A stretch of 64,000 bases of DNA from an uncultured Alphaproteobacteria bacterium (GTDB lineage: Bacteria > Pseudomonadota > Alphaproteobacteria > Rhizobiales > Xanthobacteraceae): NCBI GenBank assembly GCA_963699465.1, contig CAVOTZ010000002.1, positions 120,729 to 184,728 of the forward strand, written 5' to 3'. The position numbers and the translations under genes were made by a program. A model generated the notes under the pieces. That model saw only the letters and a program-made list of their open reading frames with translations, had not been told where the DNA came from and did no database searches. Shown here piece after piece: positions 40,949 through 50,883 of this stretch. The first letter of the stretch is position 1, and every line of letters starts with the position of its first letter.

Positions 40949-42007
40949 ATTGTTCTCGCCGCTCGCGGTCCGGATCGGAAAGCAGCGCCCGAACACGTCG
41001 CGCACAAAGGGTATGTTGCAGACAACGCCAACCGGTCGGTATTTGACCCGGATTCGCTCCATCTGCGACACTGCCAGACTGGTGAACGAGTTGAGCCGTC
41101 TGGCGAGCCCGTCGAGCTGGGCGCTGATCTTTTCGGCATCGGCCACGAGTTGCTGTTCCGCCGGCCTGGTCTCGCTCGTTCTTCGACGCCCAGTCGCGCA
41201 CCGCCGTCAGCCGGTGGTGCGCGGCTTCGAGGCAGTACTGCATCGTCAGCACCTCATGCTTGGCGCTGTACCAGTAGATCCTGACCGCGGGCTTGTCCTT
41301 CTCGGGCGCACAGATTCGCGATAAAGGCATCGGCCGGCGCTATTTCCGCATCGGGGTCCTGCTTGCCGCCGGCGGCGGCAGAACACCTCGTCGGATAGCG
41401 CCGGAACGGTGGTTGTCGGTTTCTGGCGGGCTTGAAATCGACATCGCCAAACCGCGGAAAATTCGCTGGGTCGGCGCAATGGAAATCATAGGCGCGCAGC
41501 TTTGACGGCGTCAGCGGGTCGTCGTCAACGTCGTGCTTGGCTGCGGCATCACGGCCGATATCGCTCGACCAATCGACGTAGATCTCGGCTTTCCGCGCCA
41601 GCACACTGATGTTGCCGTTGAGCGCGGTACGTGCCTTTTCATAGTCGTCGGAAACGTCCTTGGCATTTCTGGCATCGAGCGACTTCTGGTTGGCGTCGGT
41701 CTGGTCGCTCGAGCGCGCTGGTGAAATCGGAATACAGCAATTGCTGCAGCGCCTGCATTTGTGAGAGCGCATTGGAAATTTCCATGAACGTCGAGGTCGC
41801 TGCGTTCATGTCGTCCCTGGCCTGGGTGCTGACCTTTTCCTGATAGGCGTTGAGATACTGGAAATAGCCGCCAAACACGCTGGTCAGCAGCGTCACGACC
41901 GCCAGTCCCTTGGCAATGGAGAATTCCCGGTCCCAGGACACGATCCGTTGCCACAGCCCCGCACGCGGCGGTTCGTTTGGCGCTTCGAGGTGGCTGCTCT
42001 GCATCAT
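40946..42007 (-). CDS. Hypothetical membrane-anchored protein, broken into about four frames
   Basis: Consecutive minus-strand ORFs 41639-42007, 41254-41772, 40869-41330 and 40946-41146; N-terminal TM helix. Confidence 0.5.
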
Positions 42008-42108
42008 CCGCTTGCCATGCGAACTTCCCTCGATCGGGTCGTATCACAATGATGCAATCTTTACTTGTGATCTACTTCACAGCACGCCCGCGCTGCGTTG
42101 TCGCAGCA

Positions 42109-42843
42109 TTATCGGCGCTCAGGCGGCAACAGCTCGGTCAGCGAGCGGATGATGCGATCCGGCTTGATCGCGGAGCCCGGCGGCAGGCCTTCGCCATGGG
42201 TATCGATCCAGATCGCATAGATGCCGAGCCGTTGCGGCGCCACGACTTCCCATTCCAGATTGTCGCCGATCATCCAGGTATCGCGGGCTTCGACCCCGAG
42301 CGCGCTCATCGCATGCAGATAGGCCCGCTCGTCGGGTTTGCCAAAACCATGCTCGCCCTCGATCTGGATGTGATCGAACCGGTGCGTTAAGGCAAAACGT
42401 TCGACCTTGGCGCGCTGGGTGCCGGCCGCGCCATTGGTCACCAGCGCCAGTTTTACCCCATGCGCCTTGAACGCGTCGATGGCGTCATGGGCGCCCGGAA
42501 ACACGAAGGTTTCCTGTTCGCGATAGGCGGTAAAGCGATCCGCGATCCGGATCGCGAGCTCGTCGGAAAGGCCGGTCTTGCCGGCGGCCGCGAGCGCGGC
42601 AAAACCGTTCTTCACCGTGATCTGGCGGGCTTCATGCAGTTGCAGCCGCCACACCGGCTCGGCCGTCGACCAGAATTTCCGCGCTTCGGACAGGATGGTG
42701 GCGGCGACCTCGCGGGGATCATGCGGCGCAAGCTCACAGGCGAATTCGGTCGCGACGATGTTCCAGGCGATTTCGGGGCGGCCATAGGCCGACAGGATGG
42801 TGTCGTCCATATCGATCAGCATCGCGCGCGGCAGTTTGGTCAT
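42109..42843 (-). CDS. HAD family hydrolase
   Basis: DMDDT, LVTNG, KPD, IGDNLEWE. Confidence 0.88.
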   Translation of the reverse strand: MTKLPRAMLIDMDDTILSAYGRPEIAWNIVATEFACELAPHDPREVAATILSEARKFWSTAEPVWRLQLHEARQITVKNGFAALAAAGKTGLSDELAIRIADRFTAYREQETFVFPGAHDAIDAFKAHGVKLALVTNGAAGTQRAKVERFALTHRFDHIQIEGEHGFGKPDERAYLHAMSALGVEARDTWMIGDNLEWEVVAPQRLGIYAIWIDTHGEGLPPGSAIKPDRIIRSLTELLPPERR

Positions 42844-42847
42844 CGCG

Positions 42848-43735
42848 TCACGGCCACTTCACTTCCGGCGGCATCGACGACAGGATCGAATCGACATTGC
42901 CGCCGGTCTTCAACCCGAAGGTGGTGCCGCGATCGTACAGCAGGTTGAATTCGACATAGCGGCCGCGACGGATCAACTGCTCGTCGCGATCGGCCGCCGT
43001 CCACGGCGTATTGAAATTCCGCCGCACCAGGGCCGGATAGATCTTTGCGAAAGCGCGCCCGACCTCCTGGGTAAAGGCAAAATCGGCGTCCCAGTCGCCG
43101 GAATCGTGATGATCGTAGAAGATGCCGCCGATGCCGCGGGCTTCCTTGCGATGCGGCAAATAGAAATATTCGTCGCACCATTGCTTGTATTTCGGATAAG
43201 ACGCCACGCCATTGTGGCCGCCGCACGCGCTTTCCATTGCCGCGTGAAACGCGATGCTGTCGGCATCCTCCTGGGTTCGGCGCCGGTCGAGCAGCGGCGT
43301 CAGATCCGCGCCACCGCCGAACCACGCCTTGGTGGTGACGACGAAGCGGGTGTTCATGTGCACCGCCGGCACATGCGGATTGCGCAAATGCGCGATCAAC
43401 GAGATGCCCGAGGCCCAGAACGCCGGATCGTCGGCGGCGCCCGGAATCTGCGTGCGGAATTCCGGCGCGAATTCGCCGTGCACGGTCGAGCAGTGCACGC
43501 CGACCTTTTCGAACAGCCGGCCGTGCATCATCGACATCACGCCGCCGCCGCCGGCCCCGCCGCCATGGTCCGCGCGATTCCACGGCGTGCGCACGAAGCG
43601 GCCTTTGTCGCCTGGATAAAGCGCGGCGGGCGCATCGTCCTCGAGTTGTTCGAAGCTCGCACAAATCTCGTCGCGCAGCGCTTCGAACCAGTTTCGCGCG
43701 CGCGCCTTGCGATCGTCGATGACGGACATGTCCAT
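42848..43735 (-). CDS. hemF: Oxygen-dependent coproporphyrinogen III oxidase
   Basis: [44 protein letters not shown]. Confidence 0.96.
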   Translation of the reverse strand: MDMSVIDDRKARARNWFEALRDEICASFEQLEDDAPAALYPGDKGRFVRTPWNRADHGGGAGGGGVMSMMHGRLFEKVGVHCSTVHGEFAPEFRTQIPGAADDPAFWASGISLIAHLRNPHVPAVHMNTRFVVTTKAWFGGGADLTPLLDRRRTQEDADSIAFHAAMESACGGHNGVASYPKYKQWCDEYFYLPHRKEARGIGGIFYDHHDSGDWDADFAFTQEVGRAFAKIYPALVRRNFNTPWTAADRDEQLIRRGRYVEFNLLYDRGTTFGLKTGGNVDSILSSMPPEVKWP

Positions 43736-43753
43736 GCGGAATTCCTAACGGAA

Positions 43754-43835
43754 CGTCATTGCGAGCGGAGCGAAGCAATCCAGAGCCACAAGCGAAGACT
43801 GGATTGCTTCGTCGCAAGTGCTCCTCGCAATAACG
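43754..43835. repeat. REP-like family A copy
   Basis: CGTCATTGCGAGCGGAGCGAAGCAATC...GATTGCTTCGTCGC. Confidence 0.8.
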
Positions 43836-43844
43836 GTAAAATAA

Positions 43845-44210
43845 TCATTGCTGCGGCCCGAAATAGCTGCAGCTTTCGTTGCAGCTGTCACGGTGCACGC
43901 TGACTTTTGTAATTTGGCCGGCATGCTGCACCCGTTCCCAGATGAAGCGCGACAGGTTTTCGAGCGTCGGCTGACCAAGCGTCTCGACCTTGTTGAGCAT
44001 CTTGTGGTCAAGCAGCTTCTGCACCTCGGCCATGCTGCGTTCGAGCACGCCGAGATCGAGCACCATGCCGGTTTTGGGGTCCGGCGTGCCGCGCAAGGTC
44101 ACTTCGGCGCGAAACGAGTGGCCGTGAATTTCCTCGCTTGCTCCGCCGAGCGTCGTTCCCGGCAGCGAATGCGCCGCCTCGAACCGGAACGATTTTGTCA
44201 GTTCCCACAT
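43845..44210 (-). CDS. queD: 6-carboxytetrahydropterin synthase
   Basis: FEAAH, HGHS, LDH, PTLEN; follows queE. Confidence 0.82.
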   Translation of the reverse strand: MWELTKSFRFEAAHSLPGTTLGGASEEIHGHSFRAEVTLRGTPDPKTGMVLDLGVLERSMAEVQKLLDHKMLNKVETLGQPTLENLSRFIWERVQHAGQITKVSVHRDSCNESCSYFGPQQ

Positions 44211-44241
44211 CGAAAAATCCAGATCCTCTTTGAAATAAAAC

Positions 44242-44874
44242 CTACCTGATACCGATCGTTTTGTGCGTCTGCAGGCTAAGCCGCCATTGCGGCTCGCGCA
44301 GGCAATATTCGATCGCGCGCGCGGTGTTCTCGGCGACGTCGGGACCGTCCATCGGTTGCAGCGAGAAGCGCTCGAAGGCAAGGCCGGCGAACGCCTCGGG
44401 CAGGGCGTCAGGCTGCGGGTACACCAGCTTGAGTTCGTGGCCTTGACGTACCGCAAGATCGGCGCCGGCCTTGGGGCTGACGCAGATCCAGTCCATGCCC
44501 TCGGGCGGAAGGATGGTGCCGTTGGTCTCGACGCCGACGGCAAAGCCGCGGGCATGAAGCGCGTCGACCAGCGCGGTGTCGACCTGCAGCAACGGCTCGC
44601 CGCCGGTCAGGACCACGTAGCGGTTGGCGTTGGCCCCTCGCCACTGCGCGGCGATGGTGTCGGCGAGTTCGCCCGCCGAGCCGTAGCGGCCGCCGAGGGT
44701 GCCGTCGGTGCCGACGAAGTCGGTGTCGCAAAACCGGCAGGTCGCCGACGCCCGGTCCTGTTCGCGGCCGCTCCAGAGGTTGCAGCCGGCGAATCGGCAA
44801 AACACCGCCGCCCGCCCGGCATGGGCGCCTTCGCCCTGCAGCGTCAGAAAGATCTCCTTGACCGCGTAACTCAA
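44242..44874 (-). CDS. queE: 7-carboxy-7-deazaguanine synthase (Cx14Cx2C radical SAM)
   Basis: EIFLTLQGEG, GCNLW...CRFCDT, TGGEP, ETNGT, LQTHK. Confidence 0.93.
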   Translation of the reverse strand: MSYAVKEIFLTLQGEGAHAGRAAVFCRFAGCNLWSGREQDRASATCRFCDTDFVGTDGTLGGRYGSAGELADTIAAQWRGANANRYVVLTGGEPLLQVDTALVDALHARGFAVGVETNGTILPPEGMDWICVSPKAGADLAVRQGHELKLVYPQPDALPEAFAGLAFERFSLQPMDGPDVAENTARAIEYCLREPQWRLSLQTHKTIGIR

Positions 44875-45341
44875 CCCTTCGTCTCCCGGATTCCGGCACC
44901 CGTCTGCCGCAAGGCCTCGCCGAGCGCCATGGCGGCCGCGACGGCCACATTGAGCGAGCGCAGGCCCGGCTTGATCGGGATCGCCACCCGCGCGTCGGCA
45001 GCAGTGGCGACCTCGTCCGGGACCCCGGCGGATTCGCGCCCGAACAGCAGGATGTCGGCTGCCTGATAGCGATAATCAAGGTACGAGCCGGTGGCCTTGG
45101 TCGTGAACAGCACCAGCCGGCACGCTGCCTCGTTACGCCATTGCCGGAATTTTGACCACGAATCGTGGCGCATGATCGTCACCTGATCGAGATAATCCAT
45201 TCCTGCCCGGCGGAAATGCCGGTCGGACACCGGAAATCCCGCGGGCTCGATGATATGGGCTGCCACGTCCAGACAGGCGCACAGACGCAGAATCGTGCCG
45301 GTGTTCTGCGGGATATCAGGTTGGAAAAGTGCGATCTGCAT
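44871..45341 (-). CDS. trmL: tRNA (cytidine/uridine-34-2'-O)-methyltransferase
   Basis: PDIPQNTG, RRAGMDY, FGRESAG, RSLN SPOUT motifs. Confidence 0.92.
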   Translation of the reverse strand: MQIALFQPDIPQNTGTILRLCACLDVAAHIIEPAGFPVSDRHFRRAGMDYLDQVTIMRHDSWSKFRQWRNEAACRLVLFTTKATGSYLDYRYQAADILLFGRESAGVPDEVATAADARVAIPIKPGLRSLNVAVAAAMALGEALRQTGAGIRETKG

Positions 45342-45659
45342 TCGGTAACGGGCCTGGATGGCGGAGCCCGGCGAGCACGCTTGCGCGCCTGCCGGCTCGC
45401 CATGAAATCTCTGAATAAATCGCTGCGCGCGGCGGATTTAGTGCATTGCACGCTCCCCAGCCGATAGCGGGCTTGCGCTCTTACGGCAAGGGTGCCAATA
45501 GAACGATTCTGGACTGCCTTGTTCCGCCCCAATTGGCTGGGACGAAGCGGCTCCAGAGTGCCGCCGCGGGGGTCGCGGGCGCCGGCAGCCGCCTCCGGGT
45601 GGTAGGGGCGTTGCCTGGGGCGGTTTCCACCGGCTGCAGCTGAGAAAGGGTTTGGAATC

Positions 45660-46184
45660 GTGACGACAGCGTCTTCGGCGGGCTCACGCCGTGATTTCCT
45701 CTTTGTTGCAACAGGAGCCGCAGCCGCGGTTGGCGGTCTCGCCACGGTCTGGCCGCTGGTTTCCCAGATGAATCCGGACGCTTCGACGATCGCCGCGGGC
45801 GCGCCGATCGAAGTCGACCTCAAGCCGATCGCCGAAGGCCAGGACATCAAGGTGTTCTGGCGCGGCAAGCCGATCTACATCATGAACCGGACCAAGAAGC
45901 AGGTCGAAGAGGCCCGCGCGGTGCCGGTCGCCGACCTTCGCGATCCGCAGACCGACCAGTCCCGGGTCAAGGAAGGCCATGACAACTGGCTGGTCGTGAT
46001 CGGCATCTGCACCCATCTCGGCTGCATCCCGATCGCCCATGACGGCAATTACGACGGCTTCTTCTGCCCCTGCCATGGCTCGCAATACGACTCCTCCGGT
46101 CGCATTCGCCAGGGACCCGCGCCGCTCAACCTGCCGGTGCCGCCCTATCAATTCGTTTCCGACAGCAAAATCCAGATTGGCTGA
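45660..46184 (+). CDS. petA: Ubiquinol-cytochrome c reductase Rieske subunit
   Basis: SRRDFL Tat signal, CTHLGC, CPCHGS. Confidence 0.96.
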   Translation: MTTASSAGSRRDFLFVATGAAAAVGGLATVWPLVSQMNPDASTIAAGAPIEVDLKPIAEGQDIKVFWRGKPIYIMNRTKKQVEEARAVPVADLRDPQTDQSRVKEGHDNWLVVIGICTHLGCIPIAHDGNYDGFFCPCHGSQYDSSGRIRQGPAPLNLPVPPYQFVSDSKIQIG

Positions 46185-46250
46185 CGCCCGGATTTGACGT
46201 TCCGGATTTCACGCCTGTCGCTTCGCCTTCAATTCCCCAGGGATCGCATC

Positions 46251-48320
46251 ATGAGCGGACCATCCGACTACCAGCCGACCAATCCAGCCCTGAAGTGGAT
46301 TGAACGGCGTCTCCCGATTATGGGCCTCGTCCATTCCTCGTTCGTGGCCTATCCGACGCCGCGCAACCTGAACTACTGGTGGACCTTCGGCGCCATCCTT
46401 TCGATGATGCTCGGCGTGCAGATCCTGACCGGCATCATCCTGGCGATGCACTACACGCCGAATGCCGACCTCGCCTTCAAGTCGGTCGAGGCCCTGGTTC
46501 GCGACGTCAATTACGGCTGGCTGCTGCGCAACACCCATGCCGCCGGCGCCTCGATGTTCTTCCTCGCCGTCTACATCCACATGTTCCGCGGCCTGTATTA
46601 CGGATCATACAAGGAGCCGCGCGAAATCCTCTGGATCCTCGGCGTCATCATCTACCTCCTGATGATGGCAACCGGTTTCATGGGCTACGTGCTGCCCTGG
46701 GGCCAGATGAGCTTCTGGGGCGCGACCGTCATCACCAATCTGTTCTCCGCCATTCCCTATGTCGGCGACAGCATCGTGACCTTGCTGTGGGGCGGCTATT
46801 CGGTCGGTAACCCGACCCTGAACCGCTTCTTCTCGCTGCATTATTTGCTGCCGTTCGTGATCGCCGGCGTCGTGGTGCTGCACGTCTGGGCGCTGCATGT
46901 CGCGGGCCAGAACAATCCGGCCGGCGTCGAGCCGAAGACCGAAAAGGACACGGTGCCGTTCACGCCCTACGCGACCATCAAGGACATGTTCGGCGTCTCC
47001 TGCTTCATGCTGTTCTTCGCCTGGTTCATCTTCTACATGCCGAACTATCTCGGCGACGCCGACAACTACATCCCGGCCAACCCCGGCGTGACGCCGATGC
47101 ACATCGTGCCGGAATGGTACTATTTGCCGTTCTACGCGATCCTGCGTTCGATCCCGAACAAGCTCGCGGGCGTCACCGCGATGTTCTCGGCGATCGTCGT
47201 GCTGGCGTTCCTGCCCTGGCTCGACAGCGCCAGGACCCGGTCGTCGAAATATCGCCCGCTTGCCAAGCAGTTCTTCTGGATCTTCGTCGTGATCTGCGTG
47301 CTGCTCGGTTATCTCGGCGCGCAGCCGCCGGAAGGCATCTATGTGATCGCCGGCCGCATCCTGACCTTCTGCTACTTCGCCTATTTCCTGATCCTGCTGC
47401 CGCTGTTGAGCCGGATCGAAACGCCGCGGCCATTGCCCAATTCGATCGCCGAGGACGTGCTGGCCAAGACCGGCAGCAGGTCGACGCCGATGGTCTCGAC
47501 CGTGATCGCGTTGCTGGTTGCCGGCGGCCTCTTCGCCGGCAGCATGGGCGACGCCAAGGCCGCCGAAGACGCGGTGCCTCCGTCGCAGAAATGGTCGTTC
47601 GCCGGCCCGGTGGGCACCTATGATCGCGGCTCGCTGCAGCGTGGCCTGAAGATCTACAAGGAAGTCTGCTCGGCCTGCCACTCCCTGAACTACATCGCGT
47701 TCCGCAACCTCGCCGATCCCGGCGGCCCCGGTTATTCCGAGGCGCAGGTGGCGGCATTGGCGTCGGAGTACAAGATCCACGACGGTCCGAACGATGCGGG
47801 CGACATGTTCGACCGGCCCGGCCGGCCGGCCGATTACTTCCCCCCGCCGTTCCCCAACGAGCAGGCGGCGCGCGCCGCCAATGGCGGCGGCCTGCCGCCG
47901 GATTTGTCGCTGATCACCAAGGCGCGGTCCTATGAGCGCGGCTTTCCGCAGTTCATCTTCGACTTCTTCACCCAGTTCCAGGAACAGGGTCCGAACTATG
48001 TGAGCGCGATCCTGCAGGGCTTTGAGGACAAGCCGCCGGCTGGTGTCAGCATTCCCGACGGCTCCTACTACAACAAATATTTCCCCGGCCACGCCATCAA
48101 GATGCCGAAGCCGCTCAGCGACGGCCAGGTGACGTTCGACGACGGCTCGCCGGCCACCGTGGCGCAATACGCCCACGACGTCTCGACCTTCCTGATGTGG
48201 ACCGCCGAGCCGCACATGGAGGCGCGCAAGCGGATCGGCCTGCAGGTGTTCGTGTTCCTGATCCTGTTCACGATCCTGATGTACTTCACCAAGAAGAGGG
48301 TCTGGGCCAACGCGCACTGA
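46251..48320 (+). CDS. fbcH: Fused cytochrome b/c1 precursor
   Basis: Cyt b motifs ([13 protein letters not shown]) continuous in frame with an internal signal-like linker and c1 (CSACH, PDLS). Confidence 0.95.
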   Translation: MSGPSDYQPTNPALKWIERRLPIMGLVHSSFVAYPTPRNLNYWWTFGAILSMMLGVQILTGIILAMHYTPNADLAFKSVEALVRDVNYGWLLRNTHAAGASMFFLAVYIHMFRGLYYGSYKEPREILWILGVIIYLLMMATGFMGYVLPWGQMSFWGATVITNLFSAIPYVGDSIVTLLWGGYSVGNPTLNRFFSLHYLLPFVIAGVVVLHVWALHVAGQNNPAGVEPKTEKDTVPFTPYATIKDMFGVSCFMLFFAWFIFYMPNYLGDADNYIPANPGVTPMHIVPEWYYLPFYAILRSIPNKLAGVTAMFSAIVVLAFLPWLDSARTRSSKYRPLAKQFFWIFVVICVLLGYLGAQPPEGIYVIAGRILTFCYFAYFLILLPLLSRIETPRPLPNSIAEDVLAKTGSRSTPMVSTVIALLVAGGLFAGSMGDAKAAEDAVPPSQKWSFAGPVGTYDRGSLQRGLKIYKEVCSACHSLNYIAFRNLADPGGPGYSEAQVAALASEYKIHDGPNDAGDMFDRPGRPADYFPPPFPNEQAARAANGGGLPPDLSLITKARSYERGFPQFIFDFFTQFQEQGPNYVSAILQGFEDKPPAGVSIPDGSYYNKYFPGHAIKMPKPLSDGQVTFDDGSPATVAQYAHDVSTFLMWTAEPHMEARKRIGLQVFVFLILFTILMYFTKKRVWANAH

Positions 48321-48343
48321 GCGCCGGAGCCTCACCGAAATTT

Positions 48344-48372
48344 GAAAAAGCCCCCTGACGGGGGCTTTTTTG
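48344..48372 (+). terminator. Rho-independent terminator of fbcFH
   Basis: AAAAAGCCCCC-tgac-GGGGGCTTTTTT. Confidence 0.85.
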
Positions 48373-48389
48373 TTGGCTGACATAGAACC

Positions 48390-48527
48390 TCGTGTCGCGG
48401 GCGCGGTGCAGCGCTTCTTCAGCGGTGCGCCGCAGAACCGGGACCCAGCCTCATCGCGTGGCTGGGCCCCGGATCAGCAGCGCACCACGCCGCGAAGGGC
48501 GGCGCGATGCGCAGCATCCGGGGCACC
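48390..48527. repeat. REP-like family E copy
   Basis: CGTGTCGCGGGCGCGGTGCAGCG...CCCGGATCAGCAGCGCACC...CATCCGGGGCAC. Confidence 0.7.
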
Positions 48528-48604
48528 GAGGTGATTGCGTCGCGCCATACTTGCGGACAAAATAGCCGTCAATCGGACCGACACCAGAGCTACCGGAGGA
48601 CCCC

Positions 48605-49279
48605 ATGGGCACCAGCATTACGTTCAAGCGTCCGGACGGCAAGGACGCCAATGGCTATCTCGCCAACGCCGCGCGCGGCAATGCGCCGGGCGTGATCGTG
48701 ATCCAGGAATGGTGGGGCCTGTCGGAGCAGATCAAGGGCCTGTGCGATCGTTTTGCCGTCGCCGGCTTCGACGCGCTGGCGCCCGATCTCTACAAGGGCA
48801 AGGTGGTGCCGTATCACGACACCGACGCCGCCGGCGCCGAGATGAACTCGCTGGATTTCATCGACGCCACCACGCAGACCGTGCGCGGCGCCGTGCAATA
48901 TCTGTCAAAGAACGGCGCCAAGGTCGGCCTGACCGGGTTCTGCCTCGGCGGCGCGGTGACCATCATCGGCGCCGCCAGAATTCCGGAGCTTGCCGCCGGC
49001 GTGGTGTTCTACGGCATTCCGCCGGAGCAGGCGGCAAAACCCGCCGACATCAAGATCCCGCTGCAGGCGCATTTCGCCAACAAGGACGACTGGTGCACGC
49101 CGGAGCTGGTCGACGCCTTCGAGCAGGGCATGAAGGCCGCCGGCAAGTCGCTCGAACTTTTTCGCTACGACGCCGAACATGCCTTCGTCAACGAGCAGCG
49201 CGCATCGGTGCACGATCGCGCCGCCGCCGAACTGGCCTGGGGCCGCGCCACGGATTTTTTCAGGAAGCATTTGGGGTAG
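48605..49279 (+). CDS. Dienelactone hydrolase family protein
   Basis: IQEWWGL, APDLY, GFCLGG nucleophile, HAF. Confidence 0.9.
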   Translation: MGTSITFKRPDGKDANGYLANAARGNAPGVIVIQEWWGLSEQIKGLCDRFAVAGFDALAPDLYKGKVVPYHDTDAAGAEMNSLDFIDATTQTVRGAVQYLSKNGAKVGLTGFCLGGAVTIIGAARIPELAAGVVFYGIPPEQAAKPADIKIPLQAHFANKDDWCTPELVDAFEQGMKAAGKSLELFRYDAEHAFVNEQRASVHDRAAAELAWGRATDFFRKHLG

Positions 49280-49287
49280 GGGTTGCC

Positions 49288-49414
49288 CTCATCCTGAGGA
49301 GCGCGCTCTTGCGCGCGTCTCGAAGGATGGGCGACAGCACTCGCGGCCCATGGTTCTCCCGGAGATGCGAGGCATCGTCCGGAGACGGCGCAAGTGCGCC
49401 TCCTCACCATGAGG
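49288..49414. repeat. REP-like family G (CTCATCCTGAGGAG...CTCCTCACCATGAG)
   Basis: Terminal inverted repeat with internal hairpins, between convergent genes. Confidence 0.7.
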
Positions 49415-49439
49415 CATCAAGGCTGGTCTTGCTAACCTC

Positions 49440-50435
49440 TTACCCCTTCACCCCATCCCACCACGGACAGGTCCCCGCCAGCAGCTGGTAATTGCCGTCC
49501 ATCACCTGAACCGGCGCGCGCATGCCGTCGGCCGCGGCCTTCATCCGCATCTCGCGCGCGACTTCACGGTCGGCGGGCGGCAGCCAGACCCGCTCATGGC
49601 CCCACAGGCTGGGGCCGGCTTTCATCTCGAACGGTTTCCAGGTTTTCGGCTCGATGTCGCGCCCGCCCCAGCCGCATTCGACCATGAAGGATGACGGCGT
49701 CTTGGCGTAGAACGAGGTCATGAGATCGTTGGTGTGACGGCCGAGCGTGACGTTGACCCGCTCCGGCTCGCTCGAGGCGACGTCGTAGGCCTGCCCGACA
49801 TCGTCGAGCGAAAACAATTCCACCATCAGATGATGCATACCGTTGTTGCCGGTCTCGATCAGCGCGAGGCTGTGATGCCGCGAATTGATGTGGAAGAAAT
49901 AGGCGCGGAACGGCTTTTCGATGTAATCGCTCAAGGCAAAACCGAGCACGTCGACATAGAACGCCATCATCGGATCGATGTTGTCGACGGTGAGCACGAC
50001 ATGGCCGACGCCGAGCGGGCCGGTGCGAAAGCCGGAGATCGAGCGGCCCGGGCTGAACGGCGTGTCGGCGATCTCGGCGCCATGAAACGCCTCGAGCCGG
50101 TTGCCCGCCGGATCGTGAAACGAAATCAGGCCGCGAACGCGCCTGTTGTCGGCCAGCGTTGGCGGCTCGGCGGTGACTGCAATCCCGGCCGCTTCCAGCC
50201 GGGCCGCGAGCGCGTCGAGCGCGGCGGCATCCGCGACCTCCCAGCCGAAGAAGCGCCCGCCGTCCGGCATCGATCGGTCGATCACGATGCGCTGCTTGCG
50301 GTCGTCCATCCGGAACGCGAGCAGCGAGGCGGAGCGCTCGACCGCCTGCAGGCCCACCAGCCCGGTGCCGAACTGCCGCCAGCCGTCGAGATCGGCCGAG
50401 CCGAAACCGACATATCCCAAAGCCTGCAACGCCAT
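49440..50435 (-). CDS. Extradiol ring-cleavage dioxygenase (BphC-like VOC family)
   Basis: ALGYVG, GHVVL, RHHSLA, HHLMVE, LGRHTND, SFYAKTP, WGH. Confidence 0.85.
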   Translation of the reverse strand: MALQALGYVGFGSADLDGWRQFGTGLVGLQAVERSASLLAFRMDDRKQRIVIDRSMPDGGRFFGWEVADAAALDALAARLEAAGIAVTAEPPTLADNRRVRGLISFHDPAGNRLEAFHGAEIADTPFSPGRSISGFRTGPLGVGHVVLTVDNIDPMMAFYVDVLGFALSDYIEKPFRAYFFHINSRHHSLALIETGNNGMHHLMVELFSLDDVGQAYDVASSEPERVNVTLGRHTNDLMTSFYAKTPSSFMVECGWGGRDIEPKTWKPFEMKAGPSLWGHERVWLPPADREVAREMRMKAAADGMRAPVQVMDGNYQLLAGTCPWWDGVKG

Positions 50436-50570
50436 CGCGCGCCTCCGTCACTTCTGAAAAGCCGGTCGTTGATCCCGCCGGCCTGCTCAAATCCTACGCA
50501 TTTTTGATCGAGATCGACACCAAAACATCAGCCGTTAGTCCGCTGAATCCGTCGCCAGAGGACGGCCGGC

Positions 50571-50671
50571 CCTCTACCCCCTCGTGGGGGAGAGATGGAG
50601 AGAGGGGGAGCCGCGGGCTCAGCCCTCGTGGCTCCCCCTCTCCCTAGCCCTCTCCCACGAGGGGAGAGGGA
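50571..50671. repeat. REP-like family B copy
   Basis: CCCTCTACCCCCTCGTGGGGGAGAG...CCCTCTCCCACGAGGGGAGAGGG. Confidence 0.75.
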
Positions 50672-50719
50672 ACAGGCCTGCCTTGACAAGCCGCCGCCCG
50701 GATGGTGTTTACTTCGCCC

Positions 50720-50767
50720 ATGAGCACCGTCGTCCGCGAAAGCCGTCTGTGGTGGCGCACCTTCTGA
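50720..50767 (+). CDS. trpL: trp attenuator leader peptide MSTVVRESRLWWRTF
   Basis: Tandem Trp codons; TTGACA at 50683 upstream; terminator downstream; precedes trpE(G). Confidence 0.88.
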   Translation: MSTVVRESRLWWRTF

Positions 50768-50805
50768 AGGTGGCCGGTGCGATTTCATTTTCGTTACAAT
50801 CGTCA

Positions 50806-50840
50806 GAGGCCGTCATCGCAGCGCGACGGCCTTTTCGTTT
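50806..50840 (+). terminator. Attenuator terminator
   Basis: AGGCCGTC...GACGGCCT followed by TTTCGTTT. Confidence 0.8.
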
Positions 50841-50883
50841 GTCCTGTGTGGCGTTCCCTCCGCAAGTTTCGTAAGAGGATCAC

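Noticed and set aside
43845-44874. queD/queE as a 7-deazaguanine DNA-modification (dpd) defence system
   Set aside because: No dpdA/tgt-like or phage genes; the trmL/hemF context fits tRNA queuosine synthesis
45341-45660. RegR or FixK box upstream of petA
   Set aside because: GC-rich near matches only; spacing does not fit the consensus
46605-48383. Long antisense ORFs (also 33338-35005, 31031-32497, 58377-60182)
   Set aside because: Shadow ORFs expected from high-GC codon bias opposite real genes; no recognisable motifs
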